Source: an uncultured Bacilli bacterium (GTDB taxonomy: Bacteria > Bacillota_I > Bacilli_A > RF39 > UBA660). From it: a DNA stretch of 64,000 bases. Numbering within the stretch: the stretch's first letter is position 1; each line of letters opens with the position of its first letter. The notes beneath the pieces were generated by a model. That model had not been told where the DNA came from and did no database searches. It saw nothing but the letters and a program-made list of their open reading frames with translations. Positions 10,046-20,118 of this stretch are shown in pieces. A program made the translations under genes and the position numbers. The stretch covers positions 714 to 64,713 of the forward strand of contig CARSXK010000003.1 in the NCBI GenBank assembly GCA_949065595.1. The letters run 5' to 3'.

Positions 10046-10933
10046 ATGGAAATTTTTATTACTTTACTCATTCTTGTAGCGGTACTGGTAATACCTAATA
10101 TTAAAGTAGTACCACAAGCAAGAACTTATGTGATAGAACGTTTGGGTTCTTATTCACAAACATGGCAGCATGGGTTGCATTTTAAAATACCATTTGTAGA
10201 CCGTGTTGCGAATACAGTTACCTTAAAGGAAATTGTAAAGGATTTCGCACCACAACCTGTAATTACGAAGGATAATGTTACAATGCAAATTGATACGGTT
10301 GTTTATTATCAGATTACAGACGCTAAATTGTATACCTATGGGGTGGAACATCCAATTAGTGCAATTGAAAATTTAACTGCGACTACGTTACGTAATTTAA
10401 TTGGGGAATTAGAGTTGGATCAAACTTTAACATCAAGAGACATTATCAACTCTAAAATGCGTTCTATTTTGGATGAAGCAACAGATCCTTGGGGGATTAA
10501 AGTCAATCGTGTGGAAGTTAAAAATATTATTCCACCAAGAGATATTCAAGAAGCAATGGAAAAACAAATGCGTGCAGAACGTGAGCGTCGTGAAAAAATA
10601 TTACAAGCAGAGGGAGAAAAGAAATCTAATATTCTAATTGCGGAAGGAGAAAAAGAAAGTGCAATTTTAAGAGCAGAGGCAAAAAAAGAAGCACAAATCC
10701 GTGAGGCAGAGGGAGAAGCAGAAGCTATTTTAAAATTAAAAACAGCGGAAGCTGAAGGAATTAAATTGTTAAAAGAAGCAAAGGCTGATAATGCAGTACT
10801 AACTTTAAAAAGTTTTGAAGCCTTAACCAATGTAGCAAATGGTCAATCAACAAAAATTATTGTTCCATCAGATTTACAAAACATTGCAACAATTAGTACT
10901 ACAATATCAGAAATGTTTAAAAAGGAAAAATAA
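10046..10933 (+). CDS. SPFH/band-7 stomatin-like protein (QmcA/YbbK-like)
   Basis: VPQARTYVIERLGSY...HFKIPFVDRV SPFH core. Ala/Glu-rich coiled-coil C-terminus. GGGAGGA RBS before ATG 10046. Confidence 0.85.
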   Translation: MEIFITLLILVAVLVIPNIKVVPQARTYVIERLGSYSQTWQHGLHFKIPFVDRVANTVTLKEIVKDFAPQPVITKDNVTMQIDTVVYYQITDAKLYTYGVEHPISAIENLTATTLRNLIGELELDQTLTSRDIINSKMRSILDEATDPWGIKVNRVEVKNIIPPRDIQEAMEKQMRAERERREKILQAEGEKKSNILIAEGEKESAILRAEAKKEAQIREAEGEAEAILKLKTAEAEGIKLLKEAKADNAVLTLKSFEALTNVANGQSTKIIVPSDLQNIATISTTISEMFKKEK

Positions 10934-11748
10934 TGAAACGTAATTCTTCCTATTTTTGGAATGTAATACGTGTCTTGATGTGGCCTATCCTAGTTGGAAT
11001 AGGCCAATTTTTAATTGTTGCAATCTTATCTTTTCTTTTTATGCAAGGTCAAGTGGACCAAATGAAATTGGAGTATCCATCAGAATCTGAAGAACAAATT
11101 ATTGAGCGTGTGAATCAAATGGATTTGAGTATTCCCCTAAATGAATATATGGAATCCCATATGATTTATATTGTTGTTCTGAATGCTTTTCTTTTTATTC
11201 CGATTTTGATTTACCAGTATTATAAACATCGTCAAAAAAGTGAAAAAATAAAAGTAACCAATTTTATTTGGCTATTCTTATCTCCTTTTGCCTTTTGTTT
11301 TTTATTTCATATTCCTTTACTTGGAATGGGTGTTCAGTATGAAGCAATCCATACATCTTATTTTTGGATATTGGTTATCAGCGAAGGAATTGTAGGACCT
11401 GTATTAGAGGAGTATCTATTCCGTGGTGTAGTTTATCATAAGTTAAAAAAGATATATACTACAAAAAATGCGATGATATTTTGTACAATCATTTTTGCAT
11501 TATTTCATGATAATTTATTACAGATTATTTTTACTGCATTGTTAGGTACGATATTGATTTTATTATATGAAAAATATCAGGATATGAAAGTACCTATTTT
11601 CTTTCATTGTGTGGTAAATCTGGTTTCTCTTTTATGGATTCCATATTTACAAAGTATTCACTTTGCCTTGACAATCATTTTATTTTTAGCGAGTGCAATT
11701 TCCTTTTATGTATTTTGTCATAAAGTATGTTTTTTCAAACATAATTAG
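10933..11748 (+). CDS. CPBP family intramembrane metalloprotease (CAAX protease/Abi-like)
   Basis: EEYLFRG motif 1, FALFHDNLLQ motif 2, multi-TM. Confidence 0.8.
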   Translation: MKRNSSYFWNVIRVLMWPILVGIGQFLIVAILSFLFMQGQVDQMKLEYPSESEEQIIERVNQMDLSIPLNEYMESHMIYIVVLNAFLFIPILIYQYYKHRQKSEKIKVTNFIWLFLSPFAFCFLFHIPLLGMGVQYEAIHTSYFWILVISEGIVGPVLEEYLFRGVVYHKLKKIYTTKNAMIFCTIIFALFHDNLLQIIFTALLGTILILLYEKYQDMKVPIFFHCVVNLVSLLWIPYLQSIHFALTIILFLASAISFYVFCHKVCFFKHN

Positions 11749-11785
11749 GCTACTATTTTCATACGATATATAGGTGATTGAAATG

Positions 11786-12256
11786 AATAAATTCATAGAT
11801 TATGGAACAGTAGAATTTCCATATTCTAGTATGACTGTCTGTTTTTCTTTACTCAATTCTGCACGTATTTATGTTAGGAGTCAGTCAGAACAAGTACCTC
11901 ATGATGCGCTTATGACGCTAACTGGTCTTATTAATCATATCGGGGTGCTTACAACACATGATTTTCAAATTGTAATGGCAGATTTGAATCAGGAACCTAC
12001 TTCAGATATTTCAGTAGATACAAGTATGGTATTGAATGTATTATGGAACTATGGTTCGCATTATTTGAATGCGTTACACCGTGATTATCAACAAGGGGAT
12101 TCTGTTTTGCAAGAACAGCTATTACAGGGTACAGATGTATCTACTTTGCAAAGTTTTATCAATGATATTGCAAGGAGAAATCAAATAGATTATTATTTTT
12201 CGAAAGAAGCATTGTTTCAAAGATTTTATGATATCCAAAATCAAAAACAGAAGTGA
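11786..12256 (+). CDS. Hypothetical protein
   Basis: ORF with an AGGTGA RBS. No recognisable motif. Confidence 0.5.
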   Translation, partial: NKFIDYGTVEFPYSSMTVCFSLLNSARIYVRSQSEQVPHDALMTLTGLINHIGVLTTHDFQIVMADLNQEPTSDISVDTSMVLNVLWNYGSHYLNALHRDYQQGDSVLQEQLLQGTDVSTLQSFINDIARRNQIDYYFSKEALFQRFYDIQNQKQK

Positions 12257-12263
12257 TAATGTA

Positions 12264-12298
12264 AAAAAGCTGCCAATTGGCGGCTTTTTAGTGTTTTT
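12264..12298. terminator. Bidirectional terminator between convergent genes
   Basis: AAAAAGCTGCC-AATT-GGCGGCTTTTT, with A-runs and T-runs on both sides. Confidence 0.5.
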
Positions 12299-13594
12299 TT
12301 ACTTCATAAAGGCTTTTTTTACGTATTTTGCTTGATGGTATGTTACAAGTGTAATATTACATGCAGTTGCAAAAATAAGTCCCCACATTCCTATTTTTAA
12401 GGAACAGCCTATCCAAAGAGCAATGGTTCTTACAAAGACTCCTAATAGGGTCCCATTCATTGCTTCTTTGGCTTTTCCCATCGCTTGTAAACTACTAGTA
12501 AGTGGAGACTGAATATAGTGTAGTAAACAAATGGGAGCGAGTACTCTTAAATAAGTAGTACCTTCATTTGTATTATATATAAATTGAAGTGGAGCAGTAG
12601 GAAATAACAAAAATAGGATGGTAATCGGGATACCAATGAGCAGGGAAAAAAAGATGGCTTGTTTAATTTTTGCTTTCGCATATTCATAATGGTGATTTGC
12701 ATAAGACTTACTGATGACTGGGATGAGTGCTTGTGAAATCGCCATGGTAAAGAAAGATGGTAGTAATAACAACGGCATAACATAGCCACTTACAATTCCA
12801 TATTCCGTTATGATAAATGTATTAGAATACCCTGCTTTTAAGAGGACAAATGTTAGAATAATTGGTTCTAAAAAGTAACCAATATTACCAATAATGCGAC
12901 TTCCAGTGGTTGGAATACTGATGTTGAGAATATCTTTGATGTTGTTTTTTTGTGGGATAAAATCTTTTTTATCTAATTTAAAGCTTTTGGGTAAGAATAA
13001 AAATAAAATGAGAATAGAAGTAAGTTCACTTAAAATATTAGATATTACAATGAAAGCGACTGCGAATTCAATTCCTTTTACGATAAAAAGAGGAATTCCA
13101 ATGATGAGAATGATTAAACGAACAATATCTTCTGTTATATTGGATACGACATGAGGAACCATTTTTTCTTTTCCAAAAAAGTAACCTCTTAAGATAGAGG
13201 AAATACTAATAAATGGTAAGACAAAGCCAATACAAATAATACCTAGTGTTGTTCTACTTTCATGTAGTAAATGGGTAGAAATGGTACCAGCAAAAAATAA
13301 TAGTAAAAGCATAATTAATAGATTTAAAATTAAGGAGATTGGTATAATCGAAAATACGAGATTTTTATTGTTTTTTTTATCTTCGGCTACTAATTTACTA
13401 ATTGCAACCGGGAATCCAAGTTGTGCCAAAGCAATGAATAAAGAAAAAGTGGGCATTATTAGCATATAAATTCCAATACCTTCTGTTCCCATTAATCTTG
13501 TCATGACAATTTTGATGATCATACCTAATATTTTGGTAATGAGTCCACCAATCATTAATATTATAGTAGATTTTATAAATTTACTTTTTCTCAT
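12299..13594 (-). CDS. MOP-superfamily polysaccharide/lipid-linked oligosaccharide flippase (SpoVB/MurJ-like)
   Basis: N-terminus KSTIILMIGGLITKILGMIIKIVMTRLMG..GIGIY, typical of the Polysacc_synt/MurJ families. About 12-14 TM helices. AAGGTGA RBS. Confidence 0.75.
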   Translation of the reverse strand: MRKSKFIKSTIILMIGGLITKILGMIIKIVMTRLMGTEGIGIYMLIMPTFSLFIALAQLGFPVAISKLVAEDKKNNKNLVFSIIPISLILNLLIMLLLLFFAGTISTHLLHESRTTLGIICIGFVLPFISISSILRGYFFGKEKMVPHVVSNITEDIVRLIILIIGIPLFIVKGIEFAVAFIVISNILSELTSILILFLFLPKSFKLDKKDFIPQKNNIKDILNISIPTTGSRIIGNIGYFLEPIILTFVLLKAGYSNTFIITEYGIVSGYVMPLLLLPSFFTMAISQALIPVISKSYANHHYEYAKAKIKQAIFFSLLIGIPITILFLLFPTAPLQFIYNTNEGTTYLRVLAPICLLHYIQSPLTSSLQAMGKAKEAMNGTLLGVFVRTIALWIGCSLKIGMWGLIFATACNITLVTYHQAKYVKKAFMK

Positions 13595-14192
13595 AATTTC
13601 ACCTTATTAATGATATGAAAATATAGCGGCAATTATGTGGTTTGTTCCAGTTCTATAAAAATGTGATTTCAGTAAATCAATTTATCCAAAATAAATGTTT
13701 CTATATTTCTAGGGTTATCTATTCTTCCTACAACGGGTTTTAATGCCGAATTGATTTAACAAACATACTATTTTGATATAGAATAACAAGCATATTTGAA
13801 AGGAGAATATTTATTGAAAAACAAATAATCTTAAAATCATGCTACAAAATGCAAGAAGAATTAACTTATTTCACCAATTATTTAAAAGGTACTGATGATA
13901 TTACTCTTGAAGATTTAAAAACTTCTTAAAAATTCATTGATTGGTAATTTAGTTTTACGATATGTACCACTAGTTGAGAAAGAACAACAAGTACAAGCAT
14001 TATCTAATAATCAAATTACCGAAGAATCATGCGGAGTCTATTCTAGTTGTGGTAATGTTCATTACAAGTAAGTATAATTTTACAATACCACATTTATATT
14101 CTAGCGGTTAAAAATACAATAAATATTGTTTATATGAAATTTAAAAAATGTTTATCTGAAAATTTAGAACCTGCAAAGATAAGACAAATAAC

Positions 14193-14221
14193 TTGCATAA
14201 ACCTAAAAAAATTAGTATAAT
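14193..14221 (+). promoter_or_regulatory. Near-consensus sigma-A-like promoter (TTGCAT-17-TATAAT) inside the long intergenic region
   Basis: -35 TTGCAT at 14193-14198, 17-nt spacer, -10 TATAAT at 14216-14221. Confidence 0.45.
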
Positions 14222-14328
14222 GTATATAGATGGAAGAGATTCCATACAATAAAAATGGAACACTTGACTTCTTGCAAAGTTGAGTGCTTACCAAATTGGT
14301 TTGCACCTTAATTCACTGAATTAGGGTG

Positions 14329-14421
14329 TTATTTCTTTATCTCGGCTACTAATAAAAGTAGAAGGAACAAAATGAGAATAATGTTATTTAGAACTTTCAA
14401 AATAAAAACCCTTTTTTTCAT
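14329..14421 (-). CDS. Candidate 30-aa hydrophobic small peptide (type I toxin-like or small membrane protein)
   Basis: GGAGG RBS 9 nt upstream of the ATG. MKKRVFILKVLNNIILILFLLLLLVAEIKK has a charged N-terminus, a 22-aa TM segment and a charged C-terminus. Upstream TTACAT-16-TATAAT promoter on the minus strand at 14497-14524. Confidence 0.35.
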   Translation of the reverse strand: MKKRVFILKVLNNIILILFLLLLLVAEIKK

Positions 14422-14856
14422 AATCTCAAGCCTCCCCTCTATCCAATTGAATGGAAGTTCGGCAAACACCCAACAAAGTCTTGTATTCCTATATCAATTA
14501 TATCATTTTCGAATGTATATGTAAACGATTTACCCTTATTTTACAAAGAAAAATAGATGTTACATATTTTCAAAATCTGTAGTAAAATCATCGCAGAAAT
14601 GCGATTTTCTTTTGCTCCATTTGGACGTGTAGTAACTTTAGTGTATCTTTTCATTTTTTTTGAAATTTTTACGACTGGCAACATATATGAATCTATGTTA
14701 TATCTACCTCTATGCCAACTATAAACTGTAACAGCGTTTTAGAATATTCAAAAATCTTATTAGTGCATTAAAATTGAATTTTTTCTTTTGAATTTTCTTT
14801 CAAAAAATGTAATTTTCATATATAATAGTAATATGGAATTTTATAGGAGGCATTCT

Positions 14857-15126
14857 ATGGAGGAATTTAATTCATTAGAAGAACTATACACACGTTTAAA
14901 ACCTGCATTACATACGAAAAAAGAAGAAATGCGACGTGCTGGATATGAATACATAAAATCAGAAGATATATGGAACTATTTAAAAGAGTCCATTTGGAAA
15001 AAAGCCAATAATTTGTCATTACATCAAATGGTGAGTGATATTTTAAATACAGAGAGTGCACAGATAGATACCTATTTAAAAGAAAAATTGAATATGCGAA
15101 ATCGTACAGTATATTTTGAAGATTAG
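14857..15126 (+). CDS. comN: Post-transcriptional regulator ComN/YrzD-like
   Basis: KPAL..K.EE....GY......IW.YL....WKK pattern. Located immediately upstream of secDF, as in Bacillus. AGGAGG RBS before ATG 14857. Confidence 0.55.
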   Translation: MEEFNSLEELYTRLKPALHTKKEEMRRAGYEYIKSEDIWNYLKESIWKKANNLSLHQMVSDILNTESAQIDTYLKEKLNMRNRTVYFED

Positions 15127-15139
15127 TGGGAGGAAATGT

Positions 15140-17374
15140 ATGAAAAAACAGGGAATATTAAAATCTTTTATAATAATTATTTTTATATTAGGGATGATTG
15201 GTCTTTTTAGCCCAATATTAATTAAAAATTTGAAATTTGGATTGGATTTAAAAGGTGGATTTGAAGTTTTATACGATGTACAAAGTATAGATGGAACACC
15301 TGTCACCAGTGATATGGTAACCAGTACCTACAAAACAATGTTGAAAAGAATTGATGTTTTAGGGGTATCAGAACCTGTAATTACAGTAGAGGGTGATCAT
15401 AAAATTCGTGTTCAATTAGCAGGTGTGACTGATGCAGAAGAAGCACGCAAAATTTTAAGTCAAGCTGCCAATTTAACATTTCGTGATACCAGTGACAAGC
15501 TTTTAATGTCAAGTAGTGTTTTAAATAGTGGTGGGGCGAAAGTTGGACAAGATAGTAAAGGAAGACCTGCTGTATCACTTAGTGTAAAAGATAAAGATCA
15601 GTTTTATCACGTAACCAAGCAAGTGAGTGAAATGAGCGATAATCGTATCGTTATTTGGTTAGATTTCGATGAAAATAGTTCATTTAAAAAAGAAGAAACA
15701 AAATGTGGAAGTTTAAATGATTCCAAATGTTTATCTGTTGCAACTGTGGGCGAAGGATTTGCAAGTGATGTTATTATTCAGGGAAATTTCACGCAAAAAG
15801 AAGTCAAAAATTTAGTAGATTTGATTAATTCTGGAAGTTTACCTACTAAATTAGAAGAAGTTTCTTCTAAAACTGTTACTGCAAGTTTTGGAATGCATTC
15901 ATTAGAAAAGACTGTTTTTGCTGGTACAATTGGTATTGCACTTATCATCGTACTTATGATTTTCCTTTATCATTTTGCAGGTTTTGTTGCTTCCATTGGA
16001 ATGGTGATTTACACTTTTTGTACGTTTGCTATTTTTTGGCTAGTTGGAGGGGTATTAACATTACCTGGAATTGCGGCAATGCTACTTGGAATTGGTATGG
16101 CAATTGACGCTAATGTTATTCACTTTGCTCGTATTAAAGATGAATTAAAAAAAGGAAGCAGTTTTCAAGCTGCATATCAATCAGGCAACAAAAATTCTTT
16201 GGCAACTATTATTGATTCTAATGTGACTACATTGATTGTTGCGGTTATTTTATTTCTTTTTGGAGAAAGTAGCATCAAAGGATTTGCAACCATGTTGATG
16301 ATTAGTATTTTTGTAACTATGTTTGTTATGGTATTTGTAACAAGATATTTATTGAATTTATTTGTAAAAACAGGATATTTTGACCATAAATGGAATTTCT
16401 TTTTAGGCGTTCATGAGAAAAGGTTAAATCAAGAGTCATGGCACAAAATAGATTTTATCAAATCGAGCAGAATATTCTTTGGTTTGTCTATAATTGTAGT
16501 GGTTCTTGGAGTTGTCTCATTGGGATGGAAAGGACTTAATTTGGGGATTGATTTCAAGGGAGGTTCATCTATTTCAATTCAAAGTAAACAAGAAATTACT
16601 CCAGAAATCATAGAACAAGAATTGCTTGAAATGGGGTATACTATTTCAAATATTGAAGTATTGAATGATAAGAACATTGAGGTTTTGATTGCAGATAGTT
16701 TGAATCAAGAGCAAGTTTTAAAAACAGAAAATCATTTCAAACAGAAATATGAAGCTGAAACTGAAATTGGAGTTGTTTCCAATGTAGTAAAACAAGAGTT
16801 AATCAAAAACGCCTTTTTATCTTTGTTACTTGCTAGTATAGCCATTGTGATTTACATTTCTATTCGCTATCGTTTCAGTTATGCGATTGGCGCTATTGTA
16901 TCTTTATTACATGATGTTTTTGTAATTGTAGCAGGATTTAGCCTTTTGAATTTAGAAGTGTCTAGTATCTTTGTTGCAGCAATTTTATCTATCATAGGAT
17001 ATTCGATTAATGATACAATTGTTTTATTTGATCGCATTAAGGAGAATATAAGTGTAAAGAAAAAGAATACGATTAAGAGTAAAGAAGATTTGGCTGTAGT
17101 TGTCAATACTAGTTTAAAACAAACATTGACAAGGAGTATTATAACAACACTTACTACTTTAATTCCTGTTGTTTGTCTCATTTTTATGGGATCTCATGAA
17201 ATTATTAATTTTAATATTGCGATGTTCTTTGGCTTAATTGCAGGGTCTTATTCTTCAATATGTATAGCCAGTCAACTTTGGTATCAGATAGAAAAAAGAA
17301 CGGTTGGAAAAACTAAAAAGAAAAAATGGTATGATGAACCAGAAGAATTAAAAGTAAAAGGAGTGAATTCATAA
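15140..17374 (+). CDS. secDF: Protein translocase subunit SecDF (fused)
   Basis: 745 aa. Two 6-TM modules with periplasmic domains, with conserved SecD and SecF motifs (GLDLKGG, DANVIHFARI, SINDTIV). GGGAGG RBS. Confidence 0.9.
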   Translation: MKKQGILKSFIIIIFILGMIGLFSPILIKNLKFGLDLKGGFEVLYDVQSIDGTPVTSDMVTSTYKTMLKRIDVLGVSEPVITVEGDHKIRVQLAGVTDAEEARKILSQAANLTFRDTSDKLLMSSSVLNSGGAKVGQDSKGRPAVSLSVKDKDQFYHVTKQVSEMSDNRIVIWLDFDENSSFKKEETKCGSLNDSKCLSVATVGEGFASDVIIQGNFTQKEVKNLVDLINSGSLPTKLEEVSSKTVTASFGMHSLEKTVFAGTIGIALIIVLMIFLYHFAGFVASIGMVIYTFCTFAIFWLVGGVLTLPGIAAMLLGIGMAIDANVIHFARIKDELKKGSSFQAAYQSGNKNSLATIIDSNVTTLIVAVILFLFGESSIKGFATMLMISIFVTMFVMVFVTRYLLNLFVKTGYFDHKWNFFLGVHEKRLNQESWHKIDFIKSSRIFFGLSIIVVVLGVVSLGWKGLNLGIDFKGGSSISIQSKQEITPEIIEQELLEMGYTISNIEVLNDKNIEVLIADSLNQEQVLKTENHFKQKYEAETEIGVVSNVVKQELIKNAFLSLLLASIAIVIYISIRYRFSYAIGAIVSLLHDVFVIVAGFSLLNLEVSSIFVAAILSIIGYSINDTIVLFDRIKENISVKKKNTIKSKEDLAVVVNTSLKQTLTRSIITTLTTLIPVVCLIFMGSHEIINFNIAMFFGLIAGSYSSICIASQLWYQIEKRTVGKTKKKKWYDEPEELKVKGVNS

Positions 17375-17386
17375 AGGAGGAAGGAA

Positions 17387-17935
17387 ATGAGTATCCAAAT
17401 ATATACAGATTTAAAAAATCCAGAATATGTTTCTATGAATTTGTCTTCACTGCTTGATGCATATACATATGCAGTAAAAGAAGGAAATCATACAGTTGCA
17501 TCTTTGCTTGCAAATTTGTTTCATGAGGAATCAGAGTATGTTAGAATTTCTAAAAAGAGTCCAATTTATTCTTTTTTGAAAGTATCCCCTTATGTAACAG
17601 AAGATGAAATTACATGGGAAACCATTAAACAAGCGTATGTAATTTCTCGTTTACAAAACAATATTCCCATCTTACATAGTTTGGGAAAAGTATTGGGTCA
17701 TTGGGACCAATATATACTAGAGAAAAAAGAAAGGGATGGCCTTTTCGAGGAACTAGTAAATTTACCAGAATCGGTGCGTCATTTTATCTTAAAATATCAT
17801 GATGTGTCTGTTTATGAAGCACAAAAAAGGGTTCAAAAAAATAAAGTGGTGGATGATCATCAAGGACAAAATCCGAATCGCAGTATTGTGGAAATCGGAT
17901 ATGATAATGATAAAATATACAAAAAAGCTGCCTAG
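17387..17935 (+). CDS. Hypothetical protein
   Basis: ORF with an AAGGAGGAAGG RBS. No recognisable motif. Confidence 0.55.
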   Translation: MSIQIYTDLKNPEYVSMNLSSLLDAYTYAVKEGNHTVASLLANLFHEESEYVRISKKSPIYSFLKVSPYVTEDEITWETIKQAYVISRLQNNIPILHSLGKVLGHWDQYILEKKERDGLFEELVNLPESVRHFILKYHDVSVYEAQKRVQKNKVVDDHQGQNPNRSIVEIGYDNDKIYKKAA

Positions 17936-17949
17936 AAAGAAGTGGGAGT

Positions 17950-20118
17950 ATGACCAAAAAAAATATGCATATTACAATCGCAGATCTTATGGCATCCGTA
18001 TCTACTTATATCAAAGATGAAAGGGAGCTATCTTTAATTGAAAATGGATACCAATTTGCTGCAGAAAAACACTTTGGAATCAAACGATTAACAGGTGAGG
18101 ACTATATTGAGCATCCTTTACATGTTGCTTCCATTTTAACAGAAATCAATGCGGATGCAGAAACCTTATGTGCAGCTTTACTCCATGATGTGTTAGAAGA
18201 TTGCGGTATTTCAAAAGAGGAATTAGAAGAAAAATTTGGAAAAACAGTTGCTTCTTTGGTTGATGGTGTTACTAAAATTAACAAGCTGAATTTTGAAAAT
18301 AATAATAATGCAACCATTGCGACCCATCGTAAAATTTTAGTAGGTCTTTGTGAAGATGTCCGTGTTATTATTATCAAACTCGCTGATCGCTTGCACAATC
18401 TTCGTACCATTTGGGTTCATCCAGAAGAAAAGCAGAAGGAAAAAGCAAGAGAAACTTTAGATATTTTAACTCCAATTGCGAGTCGTTTGGGAATGAATCA
18501 TATCAAAAGTGAATTAGAAGATTTATCACTTCGATATTTAAAGCCAGATGTTTATTTTTCCATTGTTGAGGAACTCAATCAGACCAAAGCGGAGCGTGAC
18601 AATGCTGTCAATGAAATGATGAAAAAAGTGTCTGAAATTTTAAATGAAAATCACATTCTTCATGAAATAAAAGGACGTGCAAAAAGTATTTATAGTATTT
18701 ATAAAAAATTGGATAAAGGAAAAAAATTTAGTGAAATATACGATTTACTTGCCCTTCGTGTTTTTGTAAATACAGAGCAAGAATGTTATCAAGCTCTTGG
18801 AATGATTCATTCTAAATATAGGCCAATTCCCAAACGTTTTAAAGATTATATAGCGATGCCTAAAACCAATATGTATCAATCGCTTCATACAACGGTATTT
18901 GGATTTGATGGGTATTTATTTGAAATCCAAATTCGTACCTATGAAATGGATGACATAGCGGAGCGTGGAATTGCGTCTCACTGGTCTTATAAAGAAAAGG
19001 GAAGTACTGTTACAGTCATGCAAAATACAATGGAGCAAAAGTTGCAATTTTTCCGTTCTATTATGGAACTCAACAATGAGGAACCTAATGATGAACAATT
19101 TGTAAGGTCTGTTACGGAGGATGTATTTAAAGACACTATTTATGTATATACTCCAGCTGGAGATGTTATTGAATTACCAGCTGGAGCAACACCAATTGAT
19201 TTTGCCTATAAGGTACACAGTGGTGTTGGAGATAAAATGATTGGGGCTATTGTCAATAACAACATAGTTCCGTTGGATTATGTATTACAAAATCAGGATA
19301 TTGTAAAGATTAACACCAATAAAAATGCATTGGGGCCTAGCCGTGAATGGATTAATATGGCCAAAACAACCCAAGCGAAAAATAAAATTCGTTCTTTTTA
19401 TCGAAAAATTGATAAAGAGGGATATTTAAAAAAGGGTGAGGAATTACTTGCCAAGGAATTACGAAAACGAAAATTGGGATTCAATGAGTTTTTGTCAAAC
19501 GAAAATATTGATAAAATCATCAAAGAATTAAAATGTGATGGAATAGACGATATTTATATTAATCTTGGGAATGGTAAAATACCAGTAGGAACTGTAATCA
19601 ATGTAGTGACTGGAGAAAATAGTACCAAAGAAGAAATTATTTTAAAGAGAACAAAAAATAAAGAAGTCATTCTTCCTACTGTAAAAAATGATATTATGGT
19701 AGAGGGCATTGATGAAATTAAAGTGAATGTTGCTTCTTGTTGCAAACCTGTTCCGCAAGATAAAATTGTTGGATATATTACCAAGGGTTATGGAATTACA
19801 GTACATCGTTCTATTTGTCCTAATATTCAGGAATTGGCAGAGCGCATTATAGATGTTAGATGGAGTGATGAAATTGCCAAACGGTATCCAACCAATTTAC
19901 TTATTCATACATTGAATAGTGATAATTTATTATTGGATATTATTTCAAAGACTTCTAATCATAATATTTCCATTCAAAGTGTTAATACATTTCATAATGA
20001 GGATGGAATGATTTATGATATTGTCGTTTTGGTAGAAAATAAAGAGAAATTGGATAAATTTATCAATGATTTGGAACAATTAACAAATGTGTTTGAAGTG
20101 CAGAGGTTGATTAAATGA
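17950..20118 (+). CDS. relA: Bifunctional (p)ppGpp synthetase/hydrolase Rel
   Basis: HD domain (HPLHVASIL...LLHDVLED), RelA/SpoT synthetase (YRPIPKRFKDYIAMPKTNMYQSLHTTV), TGS and ACT regions. Confidence 0.9.
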   Translation: MTKKNMHITIADLMASVSTYIKDERELSLIENGYQFAAEKHFGIKRLTGEDYIEHPLHVASILTEINADAETLCAALLHDVLEDCGISKEELEEKFGKTVASLVDGVTKINKLNFENNNNATIATHRKILVGLCEDVRVIIIKLADRLHNLRTIWVHPEEKQKEKARETLDILTPIASRLGMNHIKSELEDLSLRYLKPDVYFSIVEELNQTKAERDNAVNEMMKKVSEILNENHILHEIKGRAKSIYSIYKKLDKGKKFSEIYDLLALRVFVNTEQECYQALGMIHSKYRPIPKRFKDYIAMPKTNMYQSLHTTVFGFDGYLFEIQIRTYEMDDIAERGIASHWSYKEKGSTVTVMQNTMEQKLQFFRSIMELNNEEPNDEQFVRSVTEDVFKDTIYVYTPAGDVIELPAGATPIDFAYKVHSGVGDKMIGAIVNNNIVPLDYVLQNQDIVKINTNKNALGPSREWINMAKTTQAKNKIRSFYRKIDKEGYLKKGEELLAKELRKRKLGFNEFLSNENIDKIIKELKCDGIDDIYINLGNGKIPVGTVINVVTGENSTKEEIILKRTKNKEVILPTVKNDIMVEGIDEIKVNVASCCKPVPQDKIVGYITKGYGITVHRSICPNIQELAERIIDVRWSDEIAKRYPTNLLIHTLNSDNLLLDIISKTSNHNISIQSVNTFHNEDGMIYDIVVLVENKEKLDKFINDLEQLTNVFEVQRLIK

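Noticed and set aside
14372-14543. Plus-strand 56-codon ORF (MRIMLFRTFKIKTLFF...) antisense to the 30-aa toxin-like ORF.
   Set aside because: Low-complexity, non-protein-like sequence. The minus-strand ORF has the stronger RBS, the clearer promoter and a coherent peptide architecture. The plus-strand transcript is more plausibly non-coding antisense.
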